24,940 nt of DNA from Fibrobacteria bacterium (GTDB taxonomy: Bacteria > Fibrobacterota > Chitinivibrionia > Chitinivibrionales > FEN-1185), in assembly GCA_037447435.1 (NCBI GenBank), contig JBBIGR010000058.1:1-24940 (forward strand). The letters are read 5' to 3'. Position numbers and translations under genes: made by a program. Shown piece by piece: positions 9,534 to 17,573 of this stretch; position 1 is the first letter of the stretch; every line of letters starts with the position of its first letter. A model generated the notes under the pieces. That model had not been told where the DNA came from. It made no database searches and worked only from the letters and a program-made list of their open reading frames with translations.

Positions 9534-10276
9534 TATTGAGCCCCCTGACAACCACTCACCTTGTTCAGCGACCAGTCGTATTTGTTAAAATGAACGTCCG
9601 GCCCCACCGGGCGAGCAAGAACTTTTGAAATATACGATTGAAAAGAACCGAAATCTTTCTTGAAATCGTCGCCATACCAATCAAAAATCTTCGATACATT
9701 CATGGATTTGCCCTCAAAGGAGTTTTTTGTCGTGTCCGAAAGAAACCTTACCGCAGCCCGTTTGAACTGGGCATCCAAACTGTCTCCCATGTACGGTATA
9801 TTCTGCAAAACAGGGCAGCTTTTCGACGCGCACACGAGCGTAAAATGAATTCGCGGTTCCTTATACCGCTTTCTAAGAATGTCGTGTTCGATATTATCAA
9901 GCGATACCGTGCCGCCGCCCGACTGGGGAATGAATTTGACGCCCCACGGATCGGCAATGTCCCTGATTCCCTTGGCAAGCGGCAAATGCCGCAGGATAAG
10001 ATCGATCGTATACAGATTATAAAGATTGATATAGTAAGCGATTTGATCGTTGCGCGTTAGCGCAGCAATGCCGTTTCGGCCTATCGAATTCAATTCGGCC
10101 TTGGCCTTTTCCAAAACCTCGGGATGTTTCGCAAGCGCATCGTAGGCCACTCCTTGCCGGCATACATAGCCAAAAAGCAATGCGTTATAATCGCGGTACA
10201 AAGGCGGGGAACTTTGCGCTTGAGGACCAACGGCAATGATCGATAAAAAGAATAATACAAAAAGAAATATTCGCAT
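9533..10276 (-). CDS. DUF547 domain-containing exported protein
   Basis: Signal peptide; AYYINLYN, LDNIEHDILR, EPRIHFTLVCASKSCP, SKIFDWYGDDF, YDWSLN. Confidence 0.9.
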   Translation of the reverse strand: MRIFLFVLFFLSIIAVGPQAQSSPPLYRDYNALLFGYVCRQGVAYDALAKHPEVLEKAKAELNSIGRNGIAALTRNDQIAYYINLYNLYTIDLILRHLPLAKGIRDIADPWGVKFIPQSGGGTVSLDNIEHDILRKRYKEPRIHFTLVCASKSCPVLQNIPYMGDSLDAQFKRAAVRFLSDTTKNSFEGKSMNVSKIFDWYGDDFKKDFGSFQSYISKVLARPVGPDVHFNKYDWSLNKVSGCQGAQ

Positions 10277-10319
10277 GTATATCCTTACGCAAAAAGCGTT
10301 TATAATTCAGATGTAAGTA

Positions 10320-11030
10320 CTAATTAGGCAAAAGCCAATTGTTGGACCCTTTCAACTGCACTCCCACATCCGTGAACCAAACACGAAAGGTACTGTCGCT
10401 ACCGGGCCGGTTCAGCGACATAAGCAACGGCCCCACCCGCCGATTTTCTTCCCAAAAGTTTACGCGGGTCGGTGTGCTTGCATTTCCATGCCGGTAAATC
10501 CATTGCTTTACGCGATTGTTATTATCCACAAACAGATCGAACGCATCACCCGGCGTATACCCGCCTGTTTGCGGAAAAGTGACCGTGATTCGGGTTGCAT
10601 TTCCCGTGCCAAGCGGCAAAGTTTGGTCCGGCGAAACAGTGATCGTTGCCGCTGCATCCCAGGCAAGATGCAATGGGAAAAGCAGCCAGTATTGATCGTT
10701 GATATATTGCGCGTCAATCTTTCGGATATCTTCACCGCTCGTATCCGGACCTCCGCTTTTACGGGAATAGGAAACCGTTGCCGAGCCTGCCTGTTGCATT
10801 GTCACTCGATCGTTTGCCACATCCCATACCCATGATCTGGCAATCGATTTCCCGTTGAACTTCACGTTAAAAGTATACTTGATTTTACCGATAAGAGAAA
10901 ATGAATCCACGCCGTATTCTTTGGCAACTTGCAAAGGTAGTGTGTTCTTTCCTGTTTGCGGCTGTGCGCCGGCAATGCCGAAAACAAGAATCAGAAAAAG
11001 CGGCTTTGTAAATGCAGATGATGATACCAT
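10320..11030 (-). CDS. Conserved secreted hypothetical protein (beta-rich; GGYTPGDA.D motif)
   Basis: GGAGG SD before ATG 11030; signal peptide; motifs IKYTFNV, RSWVW, INDQYWLLFP, GGYTPGDAFDL. I recall this family near ArsS-type clusters but have not verified it. Confidence 0.7.
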   Translation of the reverse strand: MVSSSAFTKPLFLILVFGIAGAQPQTGKNTLPLQVAKEYGVDSFSLIGKIKYTFNVKFNGKSIARSWVWDVANDRVTMQQAGSATVSYSRKSGGPDTSGEDIRKIDAQYINDQYWLLFPLHLAWDAAATITVSPDQTLPLGTGNATRITVTFPQTGGYTPGDAFDLFVDNNNRVKQWIYRHGNASTPTRVNFWEENRRVGPLLMSLNRPGSDSTFRVWFTDVGVQLKGSNNWLLPN

Positions 11031-11098
11031 GAAAGCCTCCATAATCCGTAATTTTACAAATCAATTCAAATGTATGATCACATAACTTCTATTTTTAA

Positions 11099-11178
11099 CC
11101 CTCACTCCTTTTTCCCTTTTTCCCCTCTCCCATAAATGGGCGAAGTGCCCTTGTGGTAAGAGGGCCCAGGGGTGAGGG
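11099..11178. repeat. REP-like palindromic intergenic element (CCCTCACTCCT...CCCCTCTCCC...AGGGGTGAGGG), copy 1
   Basis: Terminal inverted repeat ccctcactcct / aggggtgaggg with one G-T mismatch, plus an internal cccat-aa-atggg stem. Confidence 0.65.
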
Positions 11179-11238
11179 ATATGAGAAAATAAGGGCAAAC
11201 TTTCTCGTTTTTAAAAGAAAATTCTCAATAATGGGAAT

Positions 11239-12339
11239 TTACTTTTTGAACATCGCGCTGAATTCTCCATACCCTTCTTTGTCCAAATCTTTTGCAGCCA
11301 CGAAACGCAATGCCGCGGAATCGATACAATAACGCAAATGTGCGGGAGCAGGACCGTCGTTGAAAAGATCGCCAAGATGCGAATTGCCCACGCGGCTATG
11401 CACTTCGGAACCGGTTTGCTGCACTGCAGCGTGATTACTTTCCACAACGTTTGCCGCGACCAATGGTTTTGTAAAGCTCGGCCAGCCCGTGCCGGACTCA
11501 AACTTGTCTTTCGAAGCGAACAATGGTTCCCCGGTCACGATATCGACATAAATTCCCTCTTCATGATTATTCCAATACTCATTCTTAAACGGCGCCTCGG
11601 TCCCTTTTTCCTGAGTAACTTCATATGACAATGGCGAAAGCATTGTCCTAAGGACAAAATCAGGCGGTTTTGAGAAAGCGGACACCATAACCGTATCCGC
11701 TTTCCACCCTTTCCCAGACCAGGCTTTTTCAAGAAACTGGTCCCTGCCCGAGCCGTTCCGATACCGGTGATAATCGTCCGGATTCTTCAAATAATAATCC
11801 TGATGATAACCTTCGGCTTCGTAAAACGTTGAAGCCGGAATAATTTTCGTGGCAATTCTTTTTTTCCCAAATACTCCCGAATGTTCCAAACTCGCTTTTG
11901 TCGCTTCGGCAAGTATGCGTTGCTGCAGCGTATGGTAAAAAATTGCGGATTGATATTGATTGCCGCGGTCTACGAACTGCCCGTCGGCATCAGTCGGATC
12001 GTTGGATCTCCAAAACGCATTAAGCAGTTGCAAATAGGTAATTTTCCGCGTATCGTAGGTTATCTGTATCGATTCCATGTGGCCAGTACCGCCTGCGCCG
12101 ACTTCTTCATACCGGGGATTTGCCTTTGTGCCGCCTGTATACCCTGCCAATACTTTGATCACCCCGGAAAGCTTTTCGAATGGCGGTTCCATGCACCAGA
12201 AACAACCTCCTGCGAAAGTCGCGGTTGCCGTATCTTTCGAAAAAACCGGCATAGTCGCTTTTGTGCCTTCATCGGAAGACTGCTTCGCAAAACAACTTGA
12301 CGCAAAAGCAATAATAATAATTGCATATAAAGTTTTCAT
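11239..12339 (-). CDS. msrAB: Exported bifunctional methionine sulfoxide reductase MsrA-MsrB (MsrB active site atypical)
   Basis: Signal peptide from ATG 12339 (GAGGG SD). MsrA motifs FAGGCFWC, GYTGG, GH.E, DPT...GQF.DRG.QY, AEGYHQDYY. MsrB motifs TQEKGTE.PF, GIYVDIVTGEPLF.S.DKF.SGTGWPSF, but HLGDLF and RYCIDS. Confidence 0.92.
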   Translation of the reverse strand: MKTLYAIIIIAFASSCFAKQSSDEGTKATMPVFSKDTATATFAGGCFWCMEPPFEKLSGVIKVLAGYTGGTKANPRYEEVGAGGTGHMESIQITYDTRKITYLQLLNAFWRSNDPTDADGQFVDRGNQYQSAIFYHTLQQRILAEATKASLEHSGVFGKKRIATKIIPASTFYEAEGYHQDYYLKNPDDYHRYRNGSGRDQFLEKAWSGKGWKADTVMVSAFSKPPDFVLRTMLSPLSYEVTQEKGTEAPFKNEYWNNHEEGIYVDIVTGEPLFASKDKFESGTGWPSFTKPLVAANVVESNHAAVQQTGSEVHSRVGNSHLGDLFNDGPAPAHLRYCIDSAALRFVAAKDLDKEGYGEFSAMFKK

Positions 12340-12538
12340 ACGATCCCTCTGCATTATGATACGGGTATTAATTGCATAGACACTCTATTTCCCGTGTTTC
12401 AGACAAAAAGTTATTTTGTCTCTTCGATAAAGAAAGCAATTAAAATGCCAGAATCATACCAATTCCCAAACAGTTAATACGTTGATTACTTTTAAGGTAT
12501 ATTAGGCTCTTGTGCTCCTGATTCGGGAAGGGAGATTT

Positions 12539-14923
12539 ATGTTCTACTTCAATTGGCTCCAAAAAAACAATCCTACGGGCAAGCCCGACCGTTTCCCGGA
12601 ACTAAAAAACAAATTCGAAACATCGGTACCGGGCCTGTACTGCATCGGCGATCTTACCGGCATCCCGCTTATCAAGCTTGCCGCGGAATCCGGTCACCAA
12701 TGTATGGAGAAACTTGCCAAAGACGAATCGTTTAAAAAGGACCGCGAGTCCGCATCCGCAAATGTATACGATCTAATCATCATCGGCGCGGGCCCGGCCG
12801 GGGTCTCGGCGAGTTTGCGGGCATTGGAACTCGGGTTTTCGCATCTGGTGATCGAATCGTCGCGCACATTCAACACCATATTCAATTTTCCCGCAGGTAA
12901 ACCGATCTATGTGACGCCGCAAAACCCGCCCATGAATTCGGCGCTCAAATTCAACGACGGCAGCAAAGAAACCCTCCTTGCCGAACTTGCAAAAGACATC
13001 GAGAACAAACAGCTTCCGATACGCGAAGGCGAAACGGCCCAAAGTATCGTCCAGGGAGACCAAACCTTTACCGTACAAACGACCAAAGGTTCCTATACCG
13101 CAAAAAGGGTCGTTGTGGCCATCGGCAAAACAGGCAATGCCCGGACCCTGGGCGTACCCGGTGAAACCCTTCCTAAAGTTTTCACGCGTCTCATTGATCC
13201 GGGAGAATTTATCGACAACGATATTCTTGTGGTCGGCGGGGGCGACAGCGCGCTTGAAGCGGCAATTGCGCTTGCAAACGCCGGTAACCGCGTCACGCTC
13301 TCGTATCGCAAATCGGCTCTCAGCCGCCCCAAAGAGCAAAATCTGCTGACCTTCGACCATTTGGTCGAAAGCGGCAACATCGTACCCGTATTCGAATCGT
13401 CTGTAAAGGATATCCGCGATCGCGAAGTCCTGATACGGGATGCCGAAGGAGAAAGGACAATACCCAATCACGTTGTTTTCGCTTTAATCGGCACCGAAAT
13501 TCCCATAGAGTTTTTTCGGCGGTCAAAAATCCGCATCGAAGGCGAAAAGCATTTCAGCGATTGGGTGAAAATGATCGCCCTCGTTCTTTTTGCGCTCGTA
13601 CTTTATTTTGGAAAAGATGCGCCGAACACTCCCGTCTCAACCATCGGGGAATTTTTTCTGGTGCCTGCAAAATCGATCGGCATGGCGTGGCGACAAATGC
13701 TTTCCGCCTTACTTGCCTGGGGAAGTTTTACCGGCATCATCCTCTGCTCCGCATATCTTGTTTATCACTTTGTAAAAGAACGAAAACGCTACTTTACCTC
13801 GTCGTGGAATACCTTTAAATATTGCTACTATTTCAGTATGCTCGCGCTGTTCTCCTCTTTGTATGCGGCATATAAGCTTTTATTGTTGCATCCGCTTTTC
13901 GGATACATGGGCTATTGGTATTCTGCCGCATACACCTTGACAATAGTTATTTTCGGGTTGCGCCGGATTGTCGCAAAGCCGACGGGGTATATAAAACGAC
14001 AGACGCTGTCCCTCATTGCGTTTCAAACCTTGCCGCTTTTTATTCTTCCAATGTTCGTTCTCCCGTTTCTTGGTTCCCACGGCATGCTTCCCGCTTGGAT
14101 AACAAATGCCGTGTTTCCCGGCCAATCGTATTGGCGGGCATTCGGTTTTATTTTGGCATGGCCGCTTTTCATTCATACCCTTGCGACAGGGCAACCGGTT
14201 TTGTTCTGGTTCATTCTCGGCATCGTGCAAACGTTCGTCATCATTCCCTATATCGTTTTCCGCTGGGGAAAAGGCGCTTATTGCGGATGGATATGTTCAT
14301 GCGGCGGGCTTGCCGAAACGCTTGGCGATGAATACCGAAGCAATGCACCTCACGGTCCTTTGGCAAAAAAATGGGACAATGCCGGTCAGGTTGTTTTATG
14401 GATTGCAATCGCTGTCACGATTTTGGCCATTGCCGCAGGCGGCAGCGGTTCCCCATTATCAAACACTGCCTCCGATGTATATGCATTTGTCGTGGACACT
14501 ATTTTTGCCGGCGTTATCGGCGTCGGCGCGTATTTTTTCATGTCCGGAAGGGTGTGGTGCCGCTTCCTTTGTCCGCTTGCCGCACTCATGCACATTTATG
14601 CGCGGTTTTCGGTGTACAGGATTTTTGCAAATAAGAAACGCTGCATTTCATGCAATATCTGCACAAAAGTCTGCCATATGGGCATAGACGTGATGAACTA
14701 TGCCAACAAAGGAATCCCCATGAACGATGTGGAATGCGTCCGATGCAGCGCATGCGTCGTGAGTTGCCCCATGCAGGTATTGACCTTTGGGAAAACCAAA
14801 AAAGAAGATTACGACAATGTCATGTACAAACAATACCGCACGCCTCTTACGCAAGGATGGCAAAGCGGTTTGCCTCAAAAAGATATCGACATGCTTGTTG
14901 CATTGGAAAAGGACGCGAAATAA
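12539..14923 (+). CDS. FAD/NAD(P)H-dependent thioredoxin-reductase-like domain fused to a NapH/YccM-like multi-TM 4Fe-4S membrane domain
   Basis: ATG 12539 after GGGAG. ETSVPGLYCIGD, IIIGAGPAG, VAIG, VVGGGDSA.E.A, LSYR; many TM helices; CGWICSCG and WCRFLCP; ferredoxin motifs CISCNICTKVC and CVRCSACVVSCP. Confidence 0.88.
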   Translation: MFYFNWLQKNNPTGKPDRFPELKNKFETSVPGLYCIGDLTGIPLIKLAAESGHQCMEKLAKDESFKKDRESASANVYDLIIIGAGPAGVSASLRALELGFSHLVIESSRTFNTIFNFPAGKPIYVTPQNPPMNSALKFNDGSKETLLAELAKDIENKQLPIREGETAQSIVQGDQTFTVQTTKGSYTAKRVVVAIGKTGNARTLGVPGETLPKVFTRLIDPGEFIDNDILVVGGGDSALEAAIALANAGNRVTLSYRKSALSRPKEQNLLTFDHLVESGNIVPVFESSVKDIRDREVLIRDAEGERTIPNHVVFALIGTEIPIEFFRRSKIRIEGEKHFSDWVKMIALVLFALVLYFGKDAPNTPVSTIGEFFLVPAKSIGMAWRQMLSALLAWGSFTGIILCSAYLVYHFVKERKRYFTSSWNTFKYCYYFSMLALFSSLYAAYKLLLLHPLFGYMGYWYSAAYTLTIVIFGLRRIVAKPTGYIKRQTLSLIAFQTLPLFILPMFVLPFLGSHGMLPAWITNAVFPGQSYWRAFGFILAWPLFIHTLATGQPVLFWFILGIVQTFVIIPYIVFRWGKGAYCGWICSCGGLAETLGDEYRSNAPHGPLAKKWDNAGQVVLWIAIAVTILAIAAGGSGSPLSNTASDVYAFVVDTIFAGVIGVGAYFFMSGRVWCRFLCPLAALMHIYARFSVYRIFANKKRCISCNICTKVCHMGIDVMNYANKGIPMNDVECVRCSACVVSCPMQVLTFGKTKKEDYDNVMYKQYRTPLTQGWQSGLPQKDIDMLVALEKDAK

Positions 14924-15591
14924 TGTCATTATCTATGCTATCCGATAACTTTGCCAAAGCAATAATTGTTTTTTTGCGGTATCCTGTTGCGGGCCTGGTT
15001 AAAAAAAGATTGGCGCGCTCAATCGGCAATGAAAACGCGGCAATAATATATCGAAAAATGGCGGATAAAGTCATCGCCACTATTCGTGAAGCCGAAAATA
15101 CGGATATTTTATTTTTCCTGGACGGCAATCGATACATAACGGAAAGCCGCGAGTGGCTTGGCAAGCATGAAAACATCCGCGTTCAATGCGAGGGCGATCT
15201 GGGCCAAAGAATGGCACATGCGTTCAATGTCGCCTTTGAAAACGGATACAAGCAGGTACTACTCATAGGTACCGATATTCCTTCGATCACCACGCACATT
15301 ATTCAAAAGGCCTTTTTGGAACTAGGCGATCGCGATTCGGTTTTAGGAGGCACTTTGGACGGCGGCTATTATCTGGTGGGGCTTAAATCGTCTGCCGATT
15401 ATCTCTTCGCAAATATGGTCTGGAGCACGAACGCTGTTTTTTCCGAAACGATGTTGCGACTTAAAAATCGCGGCATGAGTTGCGGCCTTTTGCCGCTTTT
15501 GCGGGACATCGATACTGTAGACGATCTTGAGAAAGAAGGCATGGGCCATTACAATCTTACAAAGGAGTTTGCAAATGAAAAAAACATATAA
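14923..15591 (+). CDS. TIGR04282/DUF2064-family (CofC-like) arsenosugar-associated transferase
   Basis: True start is likely ATG 14923 (TAATG overlap), not 14650. Motifs P..G.VK.RLA, Q.EGDLGQRM, LIGTDIP, DGGYYLVG, WST, L.DIDT..DL. Confidence 0.88.
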   Translation: MSLSMLSDNFAKAIIVFLRYPVAGLVKKRLARSIGNENAAIIYRKMADKVIATIREAENTDILFFLDGNRYITESREWLGKHENIRVQCEGDLGQRMAHAFNVAFENGYKQVLLIGTDIPSITTHIIQKAFLELGDRDSVLGGTLDGGYYLVGLKSSADYLFANMVWSTNAVFSETMLRLKNRGMSCGLLPLLRDIDTVDDLEKEGMGHYNLTKEFANEKNI

Positions 15592-16036
15592 AGTCTTCCT
15601 GTTTGCATGTATTTCGCTCTCCCTGGTTTTTGGGGCAGACGCCAAAAGCGCTTCTTCTTCCGTTTCCCCGCCTCGCCTGGACCATATTCTGCTTGAAGTC
15701 ACCAATATGCAGGCATCCATTGTTTTCTACCGCGACATGTTGCATCTTACACCAAAGTCTTTAGACAAATCGTTCAGCACAATGTCTGCGGGAAACGTGG
15801 ATATTTATTTGTCGACCGCGCCGTGGGGTTGGAAAAAACCGCAGGCAAAAAACGAGCGGCTCGGGTTGGGAATGTATCCTCATTTCGAATTTGACAATGT
15901 TACCGATCTTGTTGCCCATATAAAAAAGGCGGGATATACAATTATCCAGGAACCCAAAGAATACGATTGGGGTACCGAAGCGTTCGTGAGCGATCCCGAT
16001 GGCTATACATGGGCACTCATACATCTCAAAAAGTAA
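15575..16036 (+). CDS. Exported VOC/glyoxalase-family protein
   Basis: AAGGAG SD then ATG 15575; signal peptide MKKTYKVFLFACISLSLVFGADA; LDHILLEV...FY...L and WG...F.SDPDG motifs. Confidence 0.82.
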   Translation: MKKTYKVFLFACISLSLVFGADAKSASSSVSPPRLDHILLEVTNMQASIVFYRDMLHLTPKSLDKSFSTMSAGNVDIYLSTAPWGWKKPQAKNERLGLGMYPHFEFDNVTDLVAHIKKAGYTIIQEPKEYDWGTEAFVSDPDGYTWALIHLKK

Positions 16037-16046
16037 AGGAACTCTC

Positions 16047-16382
16047 ATGGCAAACAATTATTACGAACAAAAAGACCTTGCCGATTTTCCCAATATCGGC
16101 GAATTTGCGCCACAGCAGGGAAAAACGTTTTTCGATTATTACGCATCGGCAACAAGCGCCGGTGCATTGACGGAACGTGAAAAAGCGCTCATTGCACTTT
16201 CAGTCGCCACGGTGCGTCATTGTCCGTATTGCATAGATGCCTATACCACCAAGTGTTTGTCGCTCGGCGTATCCGGCGACGAAATGATGGAGGCGATACA
16301 TGTGGGTGCCGCAATGGTCGCCGGAGACGTCTTGGCGCATTCGACGCAAATGAGAAAAATTGTCAAAAAGAAAGAAATGTGA
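16047..16382 (+). CDS. AhpD/CMD-like arsenosugar biosynthesis-associated peroxidase-like protein (TIGR04169-type)
   Basis: AAGGA SD then ATG 16047. YY...DL..F..I......FFDYY, GALTEREKALIAL.VA...CPYCIDAYT, MMEAIHV.AA, L.H..QM. Confidence 0.9.
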   Translation: MANNYYEQKDLADFPNIGEFAPQQGKTFFDYYASATSAGALTEREKALIALSVATVRHCPYCIDAYTTKCLSLGVSGDEMMEAIHVGAAMVAGDVLAHSTQMRKIVKKKEM

Positions 16383-16383
16383 A

Positions 16384-17352
16384 ATGGCCGAAACCAACGA
16401 TCGATTTTTAAATCAGCTTAAAGCATCAAAGCTTTCGCCTTTTACCGCAAAAAGCTTAGATATTTTGCAGGTGAATGTCGGCAAGCGTTGCAATCTTTCC
16501 TGCAGGCATTGTCATATTGACGGGGGGCCGCATCGTACCGAAACAATGTCGCGGGACGTACTCGAACAATGCCTTGCGATTGCGCAAAACCCTGCAATCT
16601 CCGTAGTCGATATTACGGGAGGCGCGCCCGAAATGAATCCCGGTCTTCCCCGGTTTATCGCCGAGCTTGCAAAACTCGACAAGCGGCTCATTGTCCGCAC
16701 GAACCTGGTGATACTGCTCGAAGACGAGTACGAATCGTTCATCGATGTATACAGCGATAACAATGTGGAAATCGTGGCTTCGCTTCCCGATTTCCGTGCC
16801 GCCAAAACCGACAAGCAGCGCGGCGCGGGTGTTTACAACAAGGAAATAGAAGTTCTGAAACTGCTCAACGAACGCGGGTACGGCCACAGCGGGTCGAAAC
16901 GCATTCTCGATTTGGTGCATAATCCCGTGGGTGCATTTCTTCCCGGTCCGCAAAAAGCGCTTGAAGCGGAATTTAAAAAATCCCTTTTCAGCGAGCATGG
17001 AATTTTGTTCAATCGGCTTTTTTGTATTACCAATAATCCTTCGGGCCGGTATCTTCAGTATCTTTTGCAAACCGATAATTATGAGGAATATATGCAGTCG
17101 TTGATTTCTGCATTCAACCCGTCTGCAGCCGGAAATGTCATGTGCCGTTCGACGATTTCCATAGGATGGGACGGAACTCTTTTCGATTGCGATTTCAATC
17201 AGGCGCTCGGACTTAAGGTCAATCATGGCGCCCCGCAGCATATAGACAACTTCGACATTAACGCCCTTATGCATCGTGAAATCGTCGTTGCAAACCATTG
17301 CTATGCATGCACTGCAGGCTTCGGTTCTTCGTGCCAGGGAGAAGTGGGGTGA
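16384..17352 (+). CDS. arsS: Arsenosugar biosynthesis radical SAM protein ArsS (TIGR04167/DUF3641 type), Cys form
   Basis: LQVNVGKRCNLSCRHCH (CxxxCxxC), DITGGAPEMNP, ASLP, DKQRG.GV, NPVGAFLP, MCR..ISIGWDG.LFDCDFNQ, HCYACTAG.GSSC. Start ATG 16384. Confidence 0.93.
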   Translation: MAETNDRFLNQLKASKLSPFTAKSLDILQVNVGKRCNLSCRHCHIDGGPHRTETMSRDVLEQCLAIAQNPAISVVDITGGAPEMNPGLPRFIAELAKLDKRLIVRTNLVILLEDEYESFIDVYSDNNVEIVASLPDFRAAKTDKQRGAGVYNKEIEVLKLLNERGYGHSGSKRILDLVHNPVGAFLPGPQKALEAEFKKSLFSEHGILFNRLFCITNNPSGRYLQYLLQTDNYEEYMQSLISAFNPSAAGNVMCRSTISIGWDGTLFDCDFNQALGLKVNHGAPQHIDNFDINALMHREIVVANHCYACTAGFGSSCQGEVG

Positions 17353-17573
17353 AGACATAAAAACAAAGAGGATTTTTGATACACCTCGAGCATTCCGCTA
17401 TGCTGGGGTTTTGCAGTCTTAGCTGGTAAGCTTTATATTTAATACGAGGACCTCGCAATTGCCGGACGGCATTTGCGACCACCTTTCGACAGATCTCATG
17501 AACCAACCTGCGCAAGGTGGTATTGATACCTATATGGTTATGTTACTCAACTAAAAAATATCAGGATACAAGC

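Noticed and set aside
14650..14922. 91-aa N-terminal extension of the TIGR04282 ORF given by the ORF track
   Set aside because: It overlaps the ferredoxin end of the upstream gene out of frame; ATG 14923 (TAATG coupling) is the better start.
15575..16036. VOC protein as ArsI C-As lyase
   Set aside because: It has no vicinal Cys pair and no terminal metal-binding Glu, and it carries a signal peptide.
16047..17352. Selenocysteine in ArsS or the AhpD-like protein (these families are often selenoproteins; both genes end in TGA)
   Set aside because: The relevant positions (GSSC, CPYC) are TGC/TGT Cys codons, and both TGAs fall at the expected C-termini.
2710..17358. Long alternative ORFs (2710-3258, 3080-3826, 7696-8373, 8240-9049, 12773-13471, 14106-14687, 16456-17358 and similar)
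   Set aside because: They overlap well-supported genes antisense or out of frame and show no recognisable motifs.
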